DNA of 64,000 nt from Octopus vulgaris (taxonomy: Eukaryota), in NCBI GenBank assembly GCA_951406725.2, contig OX597828.1:33232001-33296000 (forward strand), written 5' to 3'. Both the position numbers and the translations under genes were made by a program. Below, piece by piece: positions 56,063 through 64,000 of the stretch. How positions within the stretch are numbered: position 1 is the first letter of the stretch; each line of letters begins with the position of its first letter. The notes beneath the pieces are model-generated. The model worked only from the letters and a program-made list of their open reading frames with translations, did no database searches and was not told where the DNA came from.

Positions 56063-56259
56063 ACTTAAGATATACATTTATGCATACTTTTATATACATA
56101 CTAACATTATGACCCGCCGTTGCCGGATCATAATGCTAGTGCATGTATATATGTGTATATATATGTGTACATATTACATGTACATCTATATATATATACA
56201 TCTACACATAAAATACAAAATACAAAGTTATATCTTGATATCGCAAGTGATAACAATAC

Positions 56260-56590
56260 TCAAAATATATAACAGACTGGAATTGTAAGCCCGTATCTTG
56301 CAATTTCGATCAATTGTATCTTGTCCTCCCTCTTGTATAGAAGTGTAGCTACAATCCAGCCTACCTCAACTTCGGGGGGGGGGGCATTTTTAATTTTTAT
56401 CCGGCACGTCCTACGTCCCAGATATAAATGTAAAAATAAAATATTTCCAGTTCGCAAGTTCGAGTCGAGTACTCCCTTGCACGCTCCGTTGACTCGAACC
56501 TTGCTTCTATTGTGGCGAATTTACCGCCTCTGTTTAGATATGTTTCATACTTTTCGATGGTGCTTTCCTCCAGGTGTTCAAATCTTCTTT
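56260..56590 (-). mobile_element. Probable Tx1/L1-type ORF1 fragment
   Basis: Frameshifted FATIEARFESTERAREYS..LYLGRRTCRIKIKNAPPPEVEVGWIV resembles the RRM-type ORF1 of Tx1-like LINEs. Confidence 0.4.
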
Positions 56591-56874
56591 TTTCTCTACA
56601 TTGTATAGTTTATAGACAATAGTATTTTCTGTAATTTAATTTTTTATTATCTATCTGGACTATTCCATTTCTGCACGCTAATTTTATTTTTAATTTATTC
56701 CCATTCATGTGAAACCACTTATTCAAGTTCAAGTCATTGATGCAGTTTTATACCAATTGCTATTTTTACTTTTGTAATGTTACGATTATATTATACTTTA
56801 GTTTGATTTTAATTATTACTTACTACATATAATTCAATTGTCATTATTATTTTTATTGTTAAAGTGAAAGTATC

Positions 56875-57266
56875 TGATATAAGATAGAGAAATGTTTTTG
56901 TTTCACTTTTAACACGTAATACTGAAATAGTTGAGAAGATATGATATTGCTATAGTCTCGCTCTAGGCAAGAAGTTAAACATTTTTTTGCCCATGAAACG
57001 ACATGGAGCCTAAGTAAGGCATGTGTAAAATTTCAATGAAATTGGTTGTGTAGTTCTCAAGTTTTAGGGAATCGTAGTGGAGAAGATATGATATTGCTGT
57101 GGGCTCGCCCTAGGGGAAACGTTTAAAATGTTTTTTTGCCGATGACACTCCCCGATCCCTAAGTAAGACATGTGTAAAATTTGAATGAAATTGGTTGTGT
57201 AGTTCTCAAGTTTTAGGGAAACACACAGACAGACAGACACACATTCTCAGTTTTATATAGAGAGAG
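56875..57266 (-). mobile_element. Non-autonomous Helitron 5' part with ~147 bp internal tandem duplication
   Basis: Minus start tctctctatataaaactgag-(tgtc)n parallels the 28839 Helitron end. Units at about 56934-57071 and 57081-57219. Confidence 0.6.
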
Positions 57267-57380
57267 ATAAAAGGCGGTCCTCCAGCATGGCCACAGTCAA
57301 AATGACACAAACAAGCCAAAGAATAAAATATATATATGCATACATACATACATACATACATACATACATACATACCCATA

Positions 57381-57470
<90 letters not shown>

Positions 57471-57767
57471 GTAGTGCCTATGTGCATGCATGTGTTTGCA
57501 TACATGACGGCTTGTACTGTTGCCAAGAAGTCTTAGCTCAGTTATTGATGCGATCTATTATTATCAAAAATATAGAATCATGCTTAAAAACACGGAATTG
57601 ATATCTCCGAAATTTTAATTAAATGAAATAAATTCAATATGAAATGTGGTGCAAAGAGAGTCTGATATTTAGATCTGCACTATCATTTCTAAATCAGCTT
57701 CAATTTTATTAAACCTCATTAGCATAGTCTATATTCCTCAAAGGCTACGCTGGAGAAGCAAAGTATA

Positions 57768-57935
57768 TACATTATTTACATTATTTACATTTGACGGATA
57801 TTTGTCCTCATCTTGTTTGTTGTTAACACAACGTTTCGGCTGATATACCCTCCAGGCTTCATCAGATGTCTTGGGGAAATTTCGAACCTGGCTTCTCATT
57901 CCTAAGGTATTTTTCAACGTTATTATTATTATTAT
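57768..57935 (-). mobile_element. Hammerhead-bearing repeat body (ribozyme 57825-57870)
   Basis: gacat-CTGATGA-A-GCCTG..CAGCC-GAAAC-GTT-gtgtt. Same family as 7402 and 25437. Confidence 0.85.
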
Positions 57936-58245
57936 TCAGTAGTTTTATTTTTATAGCGTGCTTTCACATTACTGCCGAGCGCAGCTCTGTGTGCCTTGGG
58001 TATGTGTTGTGATTTGTTGTGATGCTCTGATGGTTACTGTATTGAAAGTGTTTTGCGTAGGATGTGTGCAGTGCCCAGTAGTGCAATTTTATGTATGTTA
58101 TATGTGTTTGTAAGTCCTGGTGTTTTGGTTATGTGCTTGTCTGAATATTTTTTTATCCTACCTAATGCGCCTACAAAGACAGGAATTGTTTCTGTTTTCA
58201 GATTCCACATTCGAGTTACCTCCATTTCCGGGTCCTTATATTTGC
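57936..58245 (-). mobile_element. R4/Dong LINE 3' end (restriction-like endonuclease C-terminus and 3' UTR)
   Basis: KYKDPEMEVTRMWNLKTETIPVFVGALG..KIALLGTAHILRKTLSIQ*, followed by UTR and (TAA)n. Confidence 0.92.
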
Positions 58246-58284
58246 AAAGGGGAAGCAAACACCTCCACCAGCTAGAACTAGCAG

Positions 58285-58329
58285 CTAGGAGACATGCATG
58301 TTTCTGGGTCTTGCCCGTCGTCAGTCCAG
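58285..58329 (-). ncRNA. Hammerhead ribozyme, intact core
   Basis: ctgga-CTGACGA-C-GGG-caaga-CCC-A-GAAA-CATGCATG-TC-tcctag. Palindromic stem III, GUC site. Confidence 0.8.
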
Positions 58330-58590
58330 GGTATCGTGTCCTCGCTAGCGGTGATAGGGACACAGCAAATGTGTCAAAGCCGACAGGAAGCGTCGATGCT
58401 TCATAAGGCTATATAGTGGTGGTGTAATTCCCTCTACGGGACTGTCACGTTATGTTGACTTTATACAACTACTCTATCGCTCAACCACCGCTCATGTCTC
58501 GTTGAGACATTTAGAAATTCAATATTTCTAATATATATATACATACACACACACGCACACGCACACACACAAACACACATACACACACAC

Positions 58591-58655
<65 letters not shown>

Positions 58656-58816
58656 ACATATGATAAACTTACATATACGAACGTATACATATATATGCCC
58701 AGTTTAAATTGCTCACCTAAAAATCCTCATGCGATATGGTTAAAATACCACCGCAGTGAATATAACATCGAAATAAATTTATAGAAGTTTATATAAATTA
58801 TGTGCTATCTAAGTAT

Positions 58817-58875
58817 ATTCCACTGATGAAGGCAGAGCATTTCTTATGCAGAGCCAGAAATCCGGTATGTGGAAT
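58817..58875 (+). ncRNA. Hammerhead-like ribozyme
   Basis: attcca-CTGATGA-A-GGC-aga-GCAT-ttctt-ATGC-aga-GCC-A-GAAA-TCCGG-TA-tg-tggaat. Confidence 0.65.
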
Positions 58876-59817
58876 TATCGAGTAATTTTTTTTTGCTAGT
58901 TTATTTTGTCTCTTTGTTTTCTCTCCTGGTGCTGTATGAACACTTAATGTGGTTTTAGAGTCACGTTTTGGCTGCTATTTCCAGCTTGGTGGTATCTCTT
59001 AGATACTCTAAATTATAATCTTAATAATAATTATTACCTTTCAAGGCTTTTAAGTGTTAGAATTATTTTCGCAATTTATCCAGTGCAACCCGTAAACAAG
59101 TAAATAGTATTTCCCTAAGCAATAGATTTCGGTTGAGGGTAATATTCTCTGGGAATGCACAATGGTCCTTTTCAGAGTTATTTACTTTGAATTGTTATTA
59201 TTTCATATCTGATTAGCCTGTTATTACGTAACATGGTTCACGACTTTACTATACATACCTTTTTAGTATTTCGTCCTATGTTCTATGTACACTGAGAACG
59301 AATTAAAGCCTTTTTGGGGGCTACTTTATTTGAGTTCTGACTATCGAGTAACTAATTCCATGTTATTACATAGCTGACTTCACAATTGGGGTATTCATAA
59401 CTTATTGGGAATTCCTAAAAACAAGATCCTGTGTAAGGTAGTTCGGTATTCCCTGTAAATGCACAAAAACCGTTTTAAGTGCTACATACTTTGTATTGTT
59501 GTTATTGGATTAACGAAGCAATTATAAGAACGAAACCAAGGGAATTACCCGGTACGTCAGCTAGTATATGTATATATATATCGTTGCTACTATGCAAAAA
59601 TGTCGTAAGTCCAAAACTTTGCTTTTGCAGAAAACGAAAAAATAGTTTCACCATTCCATAGCAAACCTGTTCTACTACACTTTGACAGTTTTTGATATCT
59701 TGGCATCTGAAGCAGCTTGAGGTACGATGGCTTGGCCAAAAGAACCGGCTATTGGAAGCTAAAATAAATATTGAATAAAACGCTTGAATTTGGACATCCG
59801 GCATTTTAACATAATAG

Positions 59818-59849
<32 letters not shown>

Positions 59850-59857
<8 letters not shown>

Positions 59858-60600
59858 CTATTCAGCCGACGCCACTGGTCTCCCTTGTCTGTCATGTGTA
59901 GCAGGCTCGTTGTGGTGTGACCTATTCAGTCCTCGATGTTTTCAAACCAGAGCTCTACCTCTCTGCCTCTCATTCTCCCATCATCAACTGTACCCTGAAG
60001 AATGGTTTTGGACAGGGTGTTGTAGCTGGATACAAGACCGTACTACGCAAGCTTCCATCTTCTTATCTTCGCAATAAGTGCTTCCTGTCTGCCAGAGTGC
60101 TTGTTCACTTGCTGCCTGACAAAGCTGTTCGTTTTCTGCTCTGTGAATTGAATGTGTAACAACATACTGAAACATTTCTACTCAAATGCCTGTATACTTC
60201 GCTCCATGTCGACTGCAAGAGTTCCGTTCTCTCACACATACAGAAAGATTGAAGTCACCAGGGTACAGGTTTCACTGGAAAACTAATGGAATTAATTCTC
60301 CATATGTTATTCAGCTTCGTCATGGCAGCAGAGCCCAAACTGAGTCTTGAGATCTGCCTTTCTTGGTCAAAGTGGATCCTAGGTAGTTCAATGTGTCCAC
60401 TTCGTCAAGTCACTCGCCGTGTAGCATGATGTTTGTTGTTGTGTTTTGTTTGTTACTACTAACCAGGATTTTGCTCGTTTCAGGGCCTATCACCATCATG
60501 TGTGCTACAGGCACTTTCTCCAATTTGTGGGTGAATTCCTGTAGTTCTGCTTCACTGGTTGCTAACTCGGCCGTTGATTAATCAACAGCGACTTGTTAAT
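59850..60600 (-). mobile_element. RTE LINE ORF 3' fragment (decayed)
   Basis: SEAELQEFTHKL, LDEVDTLNYLGSTLT, KCFSMLLHIQFTEQKTNSFVRQQV, LSKTILQGTVDDGRMRGR. Confidence 0.85.
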
Positions 60601-61293
60601 CAGTCGGCAAATACTCAACAATAAAATTTCAAATCAGAATTACCAACATTTAAGAAATTTATGTCAGTGTGTCTCAAGCCTGTCTGTATAGCGGGGTAGA
60701 TAGCGGAATAAGGTCGTAAACATAGGAAGATTAAAAGGAAATATTCTACAGAAGTTATGAAGCCTAGCAACCTCGTCTACAAACGCCAGAAGTGGCAGAA
60801 CTACGCAAATAAGAAGATAGTAGGCACCAAGCAAGACATTCAACCTTATAAAAACTCATTCAAAGGCAACTCACGGAGCTGCCCCTTAAAAATAATTTAG
60901 AGCACCATGTTACTTTAAAGTCAGGATCAGTTCCTCGTTCACCCAATTTAACTTGAAAATAAAGTTCCGACAGAATATAACCGAACAAATAGAATATTAC
61001 GCAGTCTAACAAATTGTATGGCGATGTGTGACAATAAAGATTCCTAATGAAACTCATTCATCTGTTTTTATTGTTTCGTTATGCCACGCTTTAGATTCTA
61101 TTCATCGTTGAATAATTTTCGATACACTTGGATACTAGTGGAATAATCTAACAAAATTGAGCTTCTCCCGTCGATGCATTTCATGCTGAAAAATTGGATT
61201 CTTTAACGGTTTTGTGTCATTTTGTCAAGGCAGTTTGAGATGTATATCACTTTGATGTGCTTTCATTCTTTATGTATCCCCTGTAATCAAAAC

Positions 61294-61402
<109 letters not shown>

Positions 61403-61408
61403 GGAGGG

Positions 61409-61472
<64 letters not shown>

Positions 61473-61769
61473 CGATAGATGGATGGATGGATGGATGGAT
61501 GGATGGATGGATAAATACAAATGTAGAACTTTTCTTTGCGAAAATGAAAAAAAAAAGGGGAATATAAGAAAAAAGGTAAAATTCCAATCAAAAGGGATCA
61601 AGAAAAAAAAGACGATCAAAATGGATCGTGTATCACAGAAGAATTTTAAAAAGGTAAAAAATAAGGTTAGGTTTATCTGTAGAAAGAAAAGCCTGCAGAA
61701 ATGACCACGCTAACCTCAGGCAGGAAGGGAATAAACATAAGAGATGAAAGTGCTCTCTATCTCTCTGTT

Positions 61770-62525
61770 TTCGATTTACAGGATCATGCTCAAAGTCATT
61801 TCATCACTCGCACGAACCATCTTTGCTACATTCACCCAAGTGGTACTTGAAAAAGTTTACGAGCGATTGGTCAAAGTGTTTGTCTCTAATCCTTTCGCTC
61901 GAGTCCACTACACACATTCTTTCACCATGGCCACCAGTACGTTGAAGACTGCCATGCCTTCTCGGTTGAGGGGAGGTGGCGGAGCAATTTTCCCGATAGA
62001 TTCGGCCGACAGGTGGACTCGTCCCACATGTGACAGCAGCCGTTCGGCATAAGCCCACAGGTCCGAAGTGGTTGTACACTGCACGAGGGCATGCAGAACT
62101 GTTTCGTCGCTCTGACCGCATTTGGTCCGGTGTTTCGAACCGTGCCTATAGAGCTTATCCCGAACGGGTAATGCTTCTCGATAGCACTTCCAGGCCAGGA
62201 ATCTTTGATGATTATCCATAGGACCCGGCCCCAAAACGTCGTCACAACATCCCTCCACTAATCCTCTATAGAACGCCTTTGTTGTAATGAAGTCCCGGAC
62301 GGTAGAGCTGCTTGAGAGCAACGCGAGACTCGCGGTGCCATTCGCCTAGCCTCGGTCTCTGATTGATCCACGACTGCAGTTCGGTCAAGGAGACGAGCTG
62401 CAGGAAAGCGCGCCGCACAAACGGCGATGACACTTGTTGACCGTCGTCTATGAACAGCCGGAGATATCGCAATCTCAGCGCATCATCAACCACGGTATGC
62501 TTAGCCCTCCATTGAACAGGTGTTG
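61770..62525 (-). mobile_element. Tx1/L1-clade LINE ORF2 3' fragment with zinc-binding domain
   Basis: LAWKCYREALPVRDKLYRHG..KCGQSDETVLHALVQC..LWAY. Upstream ALRLRYL..WHRESR. Confidence 0.9.
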
Positions 62526-62641
62526 ACGGATAGATAGATAGAGAGAGAGAGACAGACAGACAGATACAGATAGCTAGATGGATAGATAGATAGACAGACA
62601 GACAGACGGGCAAGTAGGCAGACAGACAGACAGACAGACAT

Positions 62642-62766
<125 letters not shown>

Positions 62767-63023
62767 CATACAGACAGACAGACAGATAGATAAATATTTA
62801 AAGCTTTCCTGCACGTACTTCATTGAACTTTCTGGCGCTGGTCAAATTTATCTTCCTTAGATTCCGCTCTGGTTACTTCAAATCATAACATTACTGTGCC
62901 TTCCTCCACTATACTTTCACATTTCTTCTACCAACTACAAAGAACACCCACTAATATTAATCTCGTTTTTCCTCTTAACATTCTTTTACAATTAATCTCT
63001 CGTTTTATTCACCAAACTTTTTT

Positions 63024-63052
63024 TTGACAATGGTCTATCGACCGAAACGTTG
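63024..63052 (+). ncRNA. Decayed hammerhead-like motif
   Basis: TTGACAA-T-GGTC-tatc-GACC-GAAAC-GTT. Core has two substitutions. Confidence 0.4.
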
Positions 63053-64000
63053 TATGCCTCTTGTGTTTCCCTTACATTGCAATTATAATGACTTTGTATT
63101 CTTGCTCTTGTGGTTTAAAATGTTATTATAATTTCTTTTCTTTCCTCTTCGCTGGTCTTCTTCCTCCCTCTACATATGTGAATGAGTGTGCATGTGTGTG
63201 TGTGTAAAAATATACATACATATATATAATATATATATACACATATCTGTACATATTTATGTCTCTACACATATTTGCATGAACAATAATAATTTGTGTA
63301 AATATGGGAGAATACATTTACAGAGAGGTAGCTAGATAGATGGATATGATACAAATATATATATGTGTGTGTGTATGTTTGCGTTTGAATATTTGTCTAT
63401 ATATATGCGCGCATACGTTTTTATATGTACGCATGAATGTTTCAATGAACGTGTGTTTATCTTTCAGTGCAGAAATTCAATTTTAGCAATGCAGCGATAT
63501 TCTGTCTGTCTAAACTTATTTCATTTCATATCTCAGCGAACAGCTTTTATTAGTTCGGCAGTAGTTTTATTTAATTACGTTCCTGACATTGCACAAAAGG
63601 CTGTTTACCAGCGAAATATTGTGTTATACCTATGTACTATTTACTCTATCGATGAAAAATGCTCACACTATCTGGTCACAGACTAATAGAGCTCCAGAGA
63701 GGAGTACAGAGAGAGAGAGTGAAAGAGAAAACAAGGGAGATTTTGACATGTTGTTGTCTATTATACAAACTTGTACTAACAGTAGCTGCGTAGTGTTTTG
63801 TGTTGTTGCTTTGGTTTCTGTAACTAATAAACTACAACGTTTTTTTTGTCTCTCTTGCTATCAGCAATCACTCAGATTTGTCAGTTTTATTAGATCTTGC
63901 ATACCATTCAAATAGATTCATATTTTCCAGTGATTCTCTTTGACTTTTTTTCTTCCCTTATTTTTTATTATTTTTTTTTTTCAGAGATGGCAGTGAGAGA

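Overview
Repeat-saturated, AT-rich eukaryotic DNA with no host protein-coding gene that I can support. The SINE families and the density of (TA)n, (TATG)n, (TAGA)n and (TTA)n microsatellites suggest a coleoid cephalopod, most likely Octopus (recognised from memory, not searched). Almost every ORF in the track is a microsatellite translation. Real coding remnants are all decayed transposons: RTE, R4/Dong, Tx1/L1 and CR1-type LINEs, mariner transposases and a possible piggyBac. There are also non-autonomous Helitrons and at least four tRNA-derived SINE families. The most striking unannotated signal is a dense set of minimal type-I hammerhead ribozymes (CUGANGA...GAAA...UH with palindromic stem III, Penelope/retrozyme type): about 10 with a recognisable core plus several decayed ones, from several sequence families. 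One family has five copies, and one copy carries a tRNA-like Pol III head, i.e. a ribozyme-bearing SINE. A second lead is non-repetitive, decayed, intronless coding-like sequence at about 31.7-33.8 kb and 38.8-40.5 kb that matches no TE I recognise. All coordinates were read by eye and element edges are approximate.
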